A stretch of 20,000 nucleotides of DNA from Chiloscyllium plagiosum (taxonomy: Eukaryota): positions 58,835,016 to 58,855,015 of the forward strand of contig NC_057718.1 in assembly GCF_004010195.1 (NCBI RefSeq), written 5' to 3'. Position numbers and translations under genes: made by a program. The notes below the pieces were generated by a model. The model was not told the origin of the DNA, made no database searches, and saw only the letters and a program-made list of their open reading frames with translations. Positions 1 through 10,036 of the stretch are shown here, piece after piece (the stretch's first letter is position 1; every line of letters starts with the position of its first letter).

Positions 1-384
1 TGAGGGTGACGTGGCAAACTTGCCTCCATCCAGCATGCCCCTCCTATGGGTGCTGGAGAAAGAGTCTCAGTGGAGAGGAGTAAAATGATATTCTGATCAA
101 CTTCTCTTCCTGTTGACTGCTATCTCACCTAATTTCCAATATGGAGGAACCATCATTGAGCTGATGTTTCACTTTCATGAACAGCATAAAGTTCTACTTG
201 TTGTATTCCCTCTCAATTTTTCTTTGGGAATTTCTGAGCTCTCAGTCTTGTTCCTCTAACAGTAACATTATTATGTTTGCATTAGAAGATTGTCAGTTTA
301 AGCACCCCTCCAAAAGGCTGAAATGCCATAATCCAGAGTAACATTAGGAAACTGACATTTATGTGATCAAGCAAAAATGGTTAC

Positions 385-440
385 TATTCAAAAAATTATT
401 CATTGGTTGTAAAATGCTGGGGAATATCATGGGGTGGTAA
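385..440 (+). mobile_element. Degenerate L2-type LINE/SINE 3' tail fragment
   Basis: TTCAAAAAATTATTCATTGGTTGTAAAATGCTGGGGAATATC resembles the TTCATTGGCTGTAAAGCGCTTTGGGA-type tail of fish/shark L2-mobilised SINEs (family recalled, not searched). Confidence 0.35.
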
Positions 441-1122
441 TGTGAGGATTCATCTGGTCGAATAATGAGGAGAGACAATATGAATAACAGTTAAATTTCT
501 AAATGGGATGCAGGAGATGAGGGACTTGGGGTTGTAAGTGCACAGGGTGACACTTGAAGATGACAGGGCAGGGTGAGAAAACAGCTAAAACATTATATAG
601 TATGAAATAAAGGTTCACCCTCAACAAGAGTTTGTGTCCGCTGAAAGGAAGTGAACACATTGGAGACGGTGAAGAAATGTTTTGTAAGAATATTTCTACA
701 GATGAAGAACTCCAGTTAGCAAGATGGAGTAGATAAACTGGAAATGTTCTTCTTGGAGAAGGGAATGTTAAGAGATCTCATGGATTGCCTGGAGAGAGTA
801 TGTAAGGAGAACTCAGTTCAATTGGCAAAAGGATCACATGTAGAGTGCACAGATTTAAGATGGTTAACAAAAGTAGAAATGGTGAAGTGAAGAAATCTTT
901 CTTATGTTGTGGGTAATTAGAATCTGTAATTTTCTAACTCAGAGTGCGCCAAAGACATATCCAAATGTGGTTTTCAAAATGAAATTAGACAGTTATCTGA
1001 GGAGAAAACACCTGTATAGTTATAGGGAAAAGAAGACAGTGGTGGGACTTGGTATTCTATTCTTGCAAATACCCACAATAAACTAAATAGACTCCTCTGT
1101 GTTGTGACAATTCTATGATTCT
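441..1122 (+). mobile_element. Old 5'-truncated CR1 LINE fragment (RT C-terminus + 3'UTR)
   Basis: Frameshifted translation gives CR1 ORF2 motifs: QEMRDLGV (~510-533), LETVKK (LERVQR-like, ~660), KLEMFFLEK (LGLFSLEK-like, ~735-761), HRFK (~848), IRICNFL (VRIWNAL-like, in ORF 904-1086). Ends in the CR1-type tail ATTCTATGATTCT. Confidence 0.85.
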
Positions 1123-1686
1123 TTTGTTCTGTGTTCCCATGTAATTAAAAACACGTTTTTGTCGTAATTGTACAAAATTGTTATCCGTGCAGGGGTTTAT
1201 TTCAGCCAATTTTGTCCTTCATAAATAGTAGTTTAATGTTGCTAACAGATAGCAAAGTATATGGCTGTATAGATAGTTTAACAGAAGGCTGTCATTTTCA
1301 TTCTCATGGTCTTCAGCTTTTATTGAAGGTGTGTCAATTCTGCCACTGATATGAAGGCTGGTGTAGATTACTGCATCTTCAGTTCATAAATTACTTTATC
1401 AGAACTTATTGGCAATATTTCAGCCAACCTCTTAAGGGCTTATCTTTCTTGAGGTTGAAAGCTTTCTAGAATCAGGCAATATGTAATTTGTGCAACACTG
1501 GGACTTCACTGAGTGAATGTATCCATTGGGTTTAGAGATGCAATTCAAAGAATAATGTTTTAATGCGAGTTTATTTTTAGTAATGTTTTATCGGAAGAGC
1601 CATTATTTCTGATAGTGAAAAGTATCCTTTGTCATGCAGATGTTTAATCTCTAATTGTGGTTTATCAGGATCAACAACCAAAGGAG

Positions 1687-1783
1687 AATTCTGAAGACAA
1701 ATCATTCCGGACTCAAAACGTTAACTCTGTTTTTTGTCTCCACAGATGCTGCAGAAATGCTGAGCATTCTCTGTGATTGTGTC
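1687..1783 (+). mobile_element. Penelope-like pLTR fragment (family C) with decayed hammerhead motif
   Basis: AATT-CTGAAGA(1691-1697)-...-AAAACGTT-AACT, then CTCCACAGATGCTGC...TGCTGAG, which resembles the GATGCTGCC...CTGCTG block of the hairpin elements at 11255-11337 and 19931-20000. Confidence 0.6.
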
Positions 1784-1785
1784 AC

Positions 1786-1871
1786 TTTGCCTATGTAACT
1801 ATATGGCAACTTCATGAGTGGTGCTAATTACACTCTTTTAGGTATTAATCCTTTCAGACCGATATACTACA
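1786..1871 (-). repeat. Candidate 3' LTR remnant of the Gypsy element
   Basis: Minus strand reads GATGGAGGTGGAA (purine-rich, PPT-like) then TGTAGTATATCGGTCTG from 1871. Forward CCTATGTA..GTGGTGCT..CAGACCGA..CTACA aligns loosely with CCTACATA..GCAGTGCT..CAGACCGACTGCA at ~7449-7514; several differences are CpG-decay type. Confidence 0.45.
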
Positions 1872-2055
1872 TTCCACCTCCATCAAGTCTTTGTTCCAAT
1901 TTCTGTTTTGTTATTAGGAATATCAACTTTTTCTATCTACATACTATCCATTCCCCCAAATCTCTAGCTCCAAGGATTTAGTCAGTTCGGAGGTTTCACT
2001 ATTCTCCCTGATTTTGATTACTTTTGACTTTGAAGGATAGTCCTTTCTCTCTCTC

Positions 2056-2851
2056 TGTTACAAAGTGAAAAGAGTGCATGATCACTTTAAGACAGGAAGT
2101 ACTTTCTAAGTTTAAGGTACAGCAAAGGCTGGCAGTATTCAGAACAGTTAAGAGACAGGCTGTTCCAATGTAGATGCATGCAACCATTGGCTGTTAGATG
2201 GATACCTGAGGTTTGGTTGCTGTTTTGATGACAATTCAAATCTAATCAATCAATTTAAACTAAACACCCAACTCTTCAAAGCCAATCAAATTTAAAATCT
2301 GATGATGCTGACAGTGTGAAACCAATCAGACTATAAAGATTACAGGTGTAATCAGGGGTATAAAAAAAGATGTAATTTTGAAAATTAGTGAGAGCAGCTG
2401 CCATCAACCATGAGAGCACTTGTCATCTGAAAGGGGTTGTCAAAAGAAATCTCTCAGAAGGCACTACCAAAGTTGCCTTTTCCAGTAAAATCTGTTAAAA
2501 AAGTCATAGAAGATGACCCAGGGAGAAACAGCAGATATGGGAGACTGGAAGGAAGACAGCATAAGAGACAGTATGGACTTTGAGAGAATAAATTAGTGTA
2601 ATGCTTAATAATTGTGTTATTGGAGCAGCATTTTAATAGATTTGGGGTCAGATAGTGATTAGTTAAGAAAAAAAGGTGCTCGGATTTTCTTAATAGTTTT
2701 TGTTTAGTGTTCATGTTGCAGTTAGGAAAAAATTTTTTTTCTTTGAACAACGTCCACTCACTCACACTTTTAACAGATTAAGAGGCAAGGTGAGATTTTC
2801 TGGGTGTTCTGATTTTAAATAACAGATGGGTTTGACTTCCATGTCGTAACA
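2056..2851 (+). mobile_element. Solo LTR (~796 bp) inserted antisense into the Gypsy pol 3' end
   Basis: Starts TGTTAC (2056), ends GTAACA (2851), i.e. inverted termini. Flanks CTCTC (2051-2055) and CTCTT (2852-2856) form a 5-bp TSD with 1 mismatch. Contains CCAAT boxes (~2282, ~2322), TATAAAA (2359-2365) and AATAAA (2587-2592) in U3-R order. Confidence 0.68.
2281..2365 (+). promoter_or_regulatory. LTR Pol II promoter-like module (2x CCAAT + TATA)
   Basis: GCCAATCA at 2281, ACCAATCA at 2321, GGGGTATAAAA at 2355-2365. Confidence 0.5.
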
Positions 2852-4171
2852 CTCTTGTATAAGTTGATTCTCCACTTGGAAAGTCTTTCTGAAGTTGCGC
2901 GGTTACCTGTTTCTTCCAGATCATGGTTCAAATCCAGTTCATCTCAATATATATGAATGATTCTGATGGATTGAAATAAGATTCCTTCTATTTTGTCTTC
3001 TCGGTAACCTCTACTATAGGTATTAAGTAAGTTTTTTATTGTTTTGAATGATCAAACTTTCTCCATTTTGTTCACATATTCATACCTTTTGATTTGCAAC
3101 TTTGGTAAATGCTTAGTATAAGATATTTTATGAAAATTCTTGGTTTATTTCTGTAAAACTTCTCTTTGTCTCAAGCTGTGATAACCCTTGGGATGCAACA
3201 TTGATACCAATTTCTTAGTTAGAATAGAAACTTGGGCTTTGAGTTTTCTTTCATCAATAATTTAGAAAGTTCTAGTCCACATAGTGAGGGGGTGGGTATG
3301 TGGTTCAATAATGCCATTGAAAATTTTCATCCTTTTTAGAAAGTAACTTGATAATTCTGACTTCTTGTTCAACTTTACCTTTAGTCTATATCTTGAGAAA
3401 TTGGTATTATGTTCAGATCCACTCTTTTCTACAAAGTACTTTAAATATTAATTTGCAAATTGTGGTTCTTTGTCAAAAACCACTTTATCTGGAAATTCAT
3501 GAGTTGCAAAAATCTCTTTCAATACTTTGATTACTATTTCTGCTATCATAGTATACAACTTTTTAATTTCAATCCATCCTGAAAAGTAATTAATGACCAT
3601 CAAACTTGACACATTGCAAATAAATAGATCCATTCTGAGCCATTCCCAGGGCCTGATTGGAAATTTAGTCTATGTTAACAGTTATTTGGTCAGCATGTTG
3701 TACACTTTCTTTCTTTAATATTATTTCATCAAACAGTGAATATCAGATGGATTTTTCTGCTACTGCCTTATTGATTTGTGTTAAATCTAAATACACTGGT
3801 AATATTAGGCATGGGAAGTGGAATATGCCAGAGAATCATTTGATTGTCTTTTTTGATTGAAGAAATAATTCCTGTTCTTGTCATCTTTTAACTCTCAACT
3901 AACTTCATTAATGGGAGTGATGAATTTTAGGCATATAAAGACTACAGTGTTAATATCTTTTCTCATTCTTTTTTGATGAAAGAATAGGCTTCAATATTCT
4001 AGGACCTTTAAAAATTTGAATGGTCTTTTCCAAAGTGACTGGACCTTTTGTTAGTTAACTTCTTTGACCTTCTGAATAAGATTCAGATCAATCCAGGCTG
4101 GTCCATCCAATAGTGGACAAAGTTAAAAATCACACAACACCAGGTTATATTCCAATAGGTTTATTTGGAGG

Positions 4172-4206
4172 TACTAGCTTTTGGAGTGCTGCTCCTTTGT
4201 CAGGTA
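4172..4206 (-). ncRNA. Decayed minimal type I hammerhead ribozyme motif
   Basis: Minus strand TAC-CTGACAA-A-GGAG-CAGCA-CTCC-AAAAGCTA-GTA. Stem I (TAC/GTA), stem II (GGAG/CTCC) and palindromic stem III (AGCT) are present; the cores deviate (CUGACAA for CUGANGA, AAAA for GAAA). Confidence 0.6.
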
Positions 4207-4399
4207 GCTAGCAGGGCAGGATCATAACAAACAGAATTTATAGCACAAGATCTAGTGTCATTCAACTATCTTAAACAACCCTAGATTGCTGTTAAGTCTT
4301 TCATCTTTTAGAATCAGTTGCAGGTTTTGATTCATTAATATGTAAAGCCCAGAACTTCTTTCAATACAATTCTATAAATGCAAATTTATCTCATAGACT

Positions 4400-4607
4400 T
4401 ATATGTGTGTGTACATGCATGTGAGGAAGAGAGAGAGAGAGAGAGTGCTTGTGTGTGTGTCTGCGTGCGTCTGTGTGTGTGTCTGTGTACTTGGTAGAGT
4501 GTGTGTTTGAGTGTGATGGAGTATAAGCCTGTGAGAGGGTGTGCGCATGTGTGTGCCTGTCTGAGAGAGAGCATGTGTATAAGAGAGGATCTGTGAGTGT
4601 GTGTGTG
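4400..4607. repeat. (GT)n/(GA)n-rich compound low-complexity tract inside the PLE
   Basis: Runs of GT and GA dinucleotides; homologous in reverse complement to 15887-16190 (e.g. GGAGTATAAGCCTGTGAGAGGGTG versus CACCCTCTCACAGACTTATACCCC). Confidence 0.9.
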
Positions 4608-4976
4608 CAGATACATTCTATTTTGCTCAAAAAACACACAATGTACAGGAAGTCAATGCAAGCGGTCAATCCATGTTACATTTTACAAATTCTTACTTTG
4701 GAAATAGAACCAGTCTGATGCAAGGTAGGAATACATATAGACTCTAACCTTACACCTTGGATGCATTGTCTGAGCTGAAATGTCACCCTTTTTATAAAAC
4801 CTTAAGTTATCTCAGAAAAGTGACTTGCAAGAGGTTCTGGGATTTACATATTAGTGAATCGAAACAAAGATGAAAGACAAAACAACAATCTCGGGTTGTT
4901 CAATATATCGTGTCAGTTGCATAACACTATGATCTTGTGCTGTAAATTCTGTGTCTTATGATCTTGCCCCACTAAT

Positions 4977-5011
4977 TACCTGACAAACGATCAGCACTCC
5001 GAAAGCTAGTA
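4977..5011 (+). ncRNA. Decayed minimal type I hammerhead ribozyme motif
   Basis: TAC-CTGACAA-A-CGATCAGCACTCC-GAAAGCTA-GTA. GAAA, the AGCT palindrome, the CUA triplet and stem I (TAC/GTA) are intact; the first core and stem II are mutated. Confidence 0.6.
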
Positions 5012-5113
5012 CCTCTAAATAAATCTGTTGGACTATAACAAGGAGTTGTGTGATTTTTAACATTGTACACCCCAGTCCAATACTGGCACTCCCCATCATG
5101 GCATCCAATGGTG

Positions 5114-5420
5114 AAAATTCTTGCCTGTGTAATAGGCCTGTGTAATAATGTTTGTTTTTAATGGTTGGTTGCCTCAATACCGCAGAGTTGCTTGTAGCAT
5201 ATCTTTGAATTTTAACTGAATTCCTCCCAGACGATATAACTCAATTTTTATTGTTTGTAAGCAGTGCTTTGCTAATTAAGACTTTATGTTCTGATCATTG
5301 CACTTGCTCCAGTATTAACTTGAAATTCATAAGATGTTTTTTGAGGTATGTGTCTGCATGGTAAAATATCTGGATCGTTGATGCCACCAAGGAAGATTTT
5401 TAATTCATCATTAGACAGGA
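5114..5420 (-). pseudogene. Gypsy aspartic protease remnant
   Basis: IFLGGIND followed by TTC AAG TTA -AT ACT GGA GCA AGT, which reads FKL(D)TGAS with a 1-nt deletion (ORF 5284-5505 shows ..NTGASA). After removing the PLE it continues QEFSPLDGPAWIDLNLIQKVKEV to ~4060. Confidence 0.75.
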
Positions 5421-5507
5421 TTGCTCTACTTTGTTGATACTGTGTGAAGACTTCGTTTGTATGTTGTTTCAATGTCAGTGTTCTGAAATTCTGAAAATAA
5501 CACATTT

Positions 5508-5944
5508 TCAGCTATCGGGAGAGGTTAAATAGGTTGGGGCTATTTTCCCTGGAGCATCGGAGGCTGAGGGATGACATTATAGAGATTTATAAAATCATGA
5601 CGGACATAGGGGTGAATAGCCAAGGTCTTTTCCCTAAGGTAGGGGAGTCCAAAACTAGAGGGCAGAAGTTTTATGTGAGAAGGGTAATATTTAAAAGGGA
5701 TCTAAGGTGCAAATTGTTCATGCAGATGGTGGTGCGTGTATGGAATGTGCTGCCAGAGGAAGTAGTGGAGACGGGTACAATTACAGCATTTAAAAGACAT
5801 CCGGCTGGGTATATCAATAGGAAGTGTTTAGAGAGATTTGGGCCAAATGCTAGAAAATGGGATTAGACGAATTTAGGATATCTGGTGGGCATGGATGAGT
5901 TGGACCGAATGGTCTGTTTCCATGCTGTACAACTCTATGACTCT
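5508..5944 (+). mobile_element. 5'-truncated CR1 LINE (HER1-like) 3' end inserted near the gag-PR junction of the Gypsy element
   Basis: ORF 5534-5866 GLFSLEHRRLRDDIIEIYKIM..SKTRGQ..VVRVWNVLPEEVVE..ITAFKRH is the CR1 ORF2 C-terminus; the 3'UTR ends CTCTATGACTCT. Confidence 0.95.
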
Positions 5945-6670
5945 TGCAATGAAAGTATTCAGTTTAAAGACAGAACACTGTTCATACCTGTTAAGCTTTC
6001 TGGTACCATTGTATTTGCAGGGAATTCTGATATTTTACACTAGTCTTCCCAGCTTTGTCTGCTTTTCTTGTGTTTCTTCCACTTTCTTGTCTTAAAGGGA
6101 AAAAATAGACTCTACAGATCACTGTACTGATCACTGTTCATCTCCTTTGAGGAATGACCTGTTCTGCTTTTGAACCTCTGCGCGCTTGACCAGCTGAGTG
6201 AGTTTCTCCAGTCTGAGGACTTCTTTTAACTATAATAAATTTGTCAAAGACTCATCAGAAGCACTCACAAACATGCAATCTGTGATTAATTCTGTCTTCA
6301 AATCTCCATATTCATCTCCTTCACAAGGAAATATCGTTAAGAAAATCATCTACTGATTCATGAGGCTTCTGGACTGTTGAGTGAATCTCGCTTTTTGCAG
6401 AATTTTATTCGTTCTGAAATTGGCATTATTAATTGAAGCTTTTAACACTTCCTCAAATTTGTCTAATATTTCAGTAACTCCTTGTTGAATAACCATGCTT
6501 CAAATTGTAGATGGAATTGTATTCTGTTTCAGTCTTGTGATCTAATTTTGAACCAGTTAGTTCTTATGTTTTATGTTCATTTCTGTATCTTAAAAATTTT
6601 GTCATGTAGAATTTCCAATTTGTGTCTGATGAGAGCCATTTCTGTTGTTAAATCTTCCTGGGCAATGAGA
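5945..6670 (-). pseudogene. Gypsy gag remnant
   Basis: Frameshifted minus-strand translation: PGRF..KFLRYR..SKLDHKTETE..DKFEEVLKA..KILQKARF..EYGDLKTELITD..SDESL, the pattern of fish Gypsy gag; Cys-containing knuckle remnants near 5945-5990. Confidence 0.7.
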
Positions 6671-7189
6671 ATTCAATGCAATATTTTGTATACTTTCCAG
6701 ATATTCTTATTCATTTTTTAAACCTTTTTTTCAGTAAATGAAGATTGCCAACATCTTTTTTCATGATAATTGAAGTTTTCTAATGCTTCCGAGTCTCACC
6801 ATTACTCCCAGTGCAGAATTTATCCCTTTGAGAAAATCTTTCCTCAGTATTGGAATTTCATTTTTGACACTGAGAAACAGTTTAAATCAGCTTCCCCAAT
6901 TTTTCTTCACATCCTTTTCCCTGTGTTTTGTGTTCCTGAAATATCTCATTTTCATGGTTCTGTTTCTTTTCTCTTTCTCTATGTCTCATGGTTGCTGCAA
7001 ATAATGGTGGTCAATCGGTCAGAGCTGTGAAATTTTCAAAATTGCATCACCTTTCAGGTTGTTCCATGATTTGAGTTTTTCACCCACGTCGCAGATTTTT
7101 CACCCAATCCTTAATTGCTTTTCAGTTCACCGTCTCAAAGCTGGATTGCAAAAACTCAATTTTGACTGAGGTAATGTGGTCTACACCAC

Positions 7190-7514
7190 TGTCTTGGAGC
7201 CCCTCAGGTTCTTCTTCTGTGTCTCTATTTAAGGTCTGACCCACTTTTCATTCTGCTGTGATTTTCTTCTTCAAATGAGAGTTCATCTTGTTGTCAGTAC
7301 AATGAGTTTAGTTGAAGACCCACTGCTGCCAATGCTGCTGCCAGGATGCAGTGGTTTGTTGTGAATGTGGACAATCTGCCTCATTGGTCTAATTAGTAGA
7401 AATCTTGACAGTTGCTTAAAGTAAACAATAAGACATTTATTGGTTCCCCCTACATACAAGTTACATTCATAATTCCAGCAGTGCTGCATTCCATATCTTC
7501 ACAGACCGACTGCA
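7190..7514 (-). repeat. Candidate 5' LTR of the Gypsy element, followed by a PBS-like site
   Basis: Minus strand starts TGCAGTCGGTCTG (7514), has AATAAA (~7435-7440), ends ..AAGACA (7190) and is followed by GTGGTGTAGACC (TGG-type PBS candidate, 7178-7189). Partial similarity to 1786-1871. Confidence 0.4.
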
Positions 7515-7954
7515 TGTGTCTAAAATCATCACAGTGCATGGTATCTCTTCCAGATATCTTTTAGATCCATACTCGGTAGATGCTACTCAAGACTGCTAGG
7601 CCTTCAAAACAATGATAAATCCCAGAAAAGCTGTGGCAGAGATTTTGCAGCATCCTTCAGGCAGGGGAAAGTTTCACTCCATTAGTCTTCCATGTCTTGT
7701 ACAAAGTCCAACAAATCATGGCTTTGGATATAAATTTCAACCTGACCTGAACTGGGCACAATGTGACGTCCATCAGCTTTAAATGGCAAAACTGACACTG
7801 AGGGTACAGAAGCCCGCCTCTCATTGTATGTAGCCTTGCACTAGTGCCAGGATTTCATGTAAACATCAACATAAGCTTAATTTGAGGCTTTCAGGAATAT
7901 TTTCTGTTTCCTTTGTCCTTGGGATTCTGATATAATGTACACTGACGGTTGGAT

Positions 7955-8063
7955 TAGACAGGGAAAGGTGCTGGCAGGAATGTGGAGTTAAGTTCACAAT
8001 CAGATCAATCATGTTCTTATTGAAAGACTTAAGCAGCCAAGTGGGCTACTTCGTATGTTCTTA
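7955..8063 (+). mobile_element. Old CR1 3'UTR fragment
   Basis: GGCAGGAATGTGGAGTTAAG..CACAATCAGATCAATCATGTTCTTATTGAA..TATGTTCTTA resembles shark CR1 3' ends (family recalled, not searched). Confidence 0.6.
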
Positions 8064-8830
8064 ACGTCAAAAGATCAAGATAATTGAGCAGTCACATGTT
8101 CGTGCACAGTTACTAGAAGTGCCTATGAAGTTGACTTCCAGCAATACATTATAGAATTCACTTCCATCTGAGTTTGCAGAAGACTCTTAAGAGATAAGTG
8201 ACTCAATAATCTTGGTAAACATCACAGTGTTGAATTTCTTTCTTATCTGGAAGGATAATCTCTTTCCTGCAAACACTGCATTGGTCTACCTATTGACTTA
8301 TTTCTGGAGCAATCCTTATGCAGCTTCCTCACACTCACAGACAGAGCACCTTCTTAGTATTACCTCCGCAGCAAACTCTGGGTGAGTCTTTAAGAAAAGG
8401 AAGCAGCCACCCCTCCCTGCCGTTAATGGAAAGACTTATGGCTTCTCTCAGCACACTGCTGATGAAGAAGGGCACAATTCAAGAATAGTGCAAAACTATC
8501 ACATTTACGCTACAGCTCAGGGATTGGACTCCCCACTCTTTCCACAGGAGGCAAAATTAAATGAGACATAGCAGGAAATGTCTGGTGAACAACAACATGT
8601 GCAGAAAGCACTAAGATAAAGATTAAATTTATGCTGCTGAAGCCAGAGAGAAATTTCAGTTCTTGCATGCTGTGCCAGGCAAAATGCATTCCTGGAGTAA
8701 AATTGTCCATTTTGATTCTGAATTAATGTGAATTTTGTTGTGGGTGTGAATTTGAAAGGTGCTATATTGAGATTTCCCAACCTGATTATACCCTGTAGGA
8801 ATAGAGAAAATTAAGAAGGTATTTTCTTTC

Positions 8831-8899
8831 CATCCAACTGGTTGAATTTGAACCTAACTGTGAAAGGTCAATGTGCTAACCATTTTGACCACCCAGTTC
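8831..8899 (-). mobile_element. Degenerate tRNA-derived SINE head
   Basis: Minus strand TGGTCAAAATGGTTAGC (A-box-like) and GGTTCAAATTC (B-box-like) at tRNA-like spacing. Confidence 0.35.
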
Positions 8900-9134
8900 T
8901 GTATTTAATTGTTCACTGTGCTTTGTTGGAAAATAATATTTGCCTGTGAAAACACTCAAATTAATTCACTTTTAATACTCTTTACAAATGTTTGTCCTTA
9001 TTGGTGAAATATATTCTTTACCCTAGATTTTGTCTTCAATATTATTTCAGTTTTGCTGGTGTTCATAAATTATTAGCGAAACAAATTATAATGTTCTCAT
9101 TGAAGGGGAATTTGCCTTCAGAAAATGTTTTTTT

Positions 9135-9454
9135 TAGATTAGATTAGATTAGATTACAGTGTGGAAACAGGCCCTTCGGCCCAACAAGTCCACACCGACC
9201 CGCCGAAGCGCAACCCACCCATACCCCTACATTTACCCCTTAGCTAACACTACGTGCAATTTAGCATGGCCAATTCACCTGACCTGCACACATTTTTGAC
9301 TGTGGGAGGAAACCGGAGTACCCGGAGGAAACCCACGCAGACACGGAGAGAACGTGCAAACTCCACACAGTCAGTCACCTGAGGCGGGAATTGAACCCAG
9401 GTCTCCGGCGCTGTGAGGCAGCAGTGCTAACCACTGTGCCACCATGTCGCCCAC
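9135..9454 (-). mobile_element. Full-length HE1-type (V-SINE) tRNA-derived SINE
   Basis: Minus strand: A box TGGCACAGTGG, B box GGTTCAATTCC, V-domain GTGGAGTTTGCACGTTCTC..GCGTGGGTTTCCTCCGGGTACTCCGGTTTCCTCCCACAGTC, CR1-like tail GGGCCGAAGGGCCTGTTTCCACACTGT and about four AATCT repeats. Many CpGs are retained, suggesting a young copy. Confidence 0.95.
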
Positions 9455-9508
9455 TTTTGGTAGGCAAATGTTAGTATTATAGAGAATGGTTTAGCTGTTA
9501 CAGAATAT

Positions 9509-10036
9509 TGTAGTAAGTGTAGCAAGGTCATCCAGGTGGTCCTCATGGTGTCAATGAAATCCAATTACTCTGGACTGATTAAAGTAACTTATATTTAACA
9601 CTCCCAGTAGGGATGCATAGTTCTACCATGAATGTTATCTTCGAAATTTAAACTGTGGTTAGTCATCATGCAGTTAAAAAAACACTGAGTAGCCTATACC
9701 ATCGGTGTCAGATTCAAGGAACAGCAAGAAGTAAAGTTTAATGTCAGTAGAAGTGAAATTGACTAATAATATACTGCCATAACTATGCATCGTCTGCATG
9801 ATCTTTGGAAAGGACTGGATTTGATGCAAGAAATTAACTTCAGATAATTTCTTATATTCTGAAATAACAAATTGGTTAATCAGGGAGCCCTGGCTGATAG
9901 ATAAGAAGAGGAGTGTCAGACATCCTGTTCACTCTGAGAATTGGCTAAGAAGGAACTGGATCAGTGTCAAGGACTCTCCACATGTAAATAAAGGGTGACG
10001 AGATGATGGGACACTGGTCTCTGTGGAGCTATTGCA
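9509..10036 (+). mobile_element. Short solo LTR (~200 bp) split by the 328-bp inverted-duplication segment
   Basis: 5' piece TGTAGTAAG..GGTCATCCAGGTGGTCCTCAT (9509-9546). 3' piece AATCAGGGAGCCCTGGCTGATAGATAAG..AATAAA(9987-9992)..GGAGCTATTGCA (9875-10036). TG..CA termini; flanks AATAT/ATTAT are an imperfect TSD. That both pieces belong to one family is recalled, not searched. Confidence 0.55.
9547..9874. repeat. Left arm of a long inverted duplication
   Basis: Reverse complement of 10572-10898; manual alignment gives about 27 differences in 328 bp (~92% identity). Confidence 0.97.

Larger units (their letters stand above)
1975..3835 (-). pseudogene. Gypsy integrase and pol C-terminus (disrupted; interrupted by solo LTR 2056-2851)
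   Basis: ORF 3448-3633 MDLF..MVINYFSGWIEIKKL..VIKVLKEIFATHEFPDKVVFDKEPQFAN matches the rve core (DLF..VDYFSRW..LKEIFATHG.P..VVSDNGPQF). Zinc-finger remnants at ~3690-3835. Pol ends SKSGRIVKPPN*LNP at ~1975-2015. Confidence 0.88.
4116..5101 (+). mobile_element. Non-autonomous Penelope-like fold-back insertion (family B): inverted pLTR + direct pLTR + 35-nt tail
   Basis: Arms ~4117-4363 and ~4825-5066 are diverged inverted repeats. 4364-4606 is the reverse complement of the CA-rich region seen at 15887-16230, placing the inversion junction near 4607. Tail at 5067-5101. TSD CATCCAATAGTG (4104-4115) / CATCCAATGGTG (5102-5113). Each arm has a hammerhead-like motif. Confidence 0.8.
1786..7514 (-). 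mobile_element. Decayed Ty3/Gypsy LTR retrotransposon (gag-PR-[RT/RH deleted]-IN) with nested insertions
   Basis: On the minus strand, in order: gag remnants, an aspartic protease motif, an RT N-terminal stub, integrase zinc finger and core, the pol C-terminal SGRIVKPP motif, a purine-rich tract, and candidate LTR remnants at both ends. Outer boundaries are approximate. Confidence 0.82.

Noticed and set aside
1..88. GC-richer open stretch (EGDVANLPPSSMPLLWVLEKESQWRGVK*) as a terminal coding exon
   Set aside because: Truncated by the window edge, with no recognisable homology.
5123..5147. 13-bp tandem duplication GCCTGTGTAATA(G)
   Set aside because: Ordinary slippage duplication inside a dead protease sequence.
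8459..8485. CTGATGAAGAAGGGC as another hammerhead core
   Set aside because: No closing stem II and no GAAA box downstream.
9380..9454. tRNA gene (A and B boxes on the minus strand)
   Set aside because: It is the head of the HE1-type SINE, contiguous with the V-domain and LINE-derived tail.
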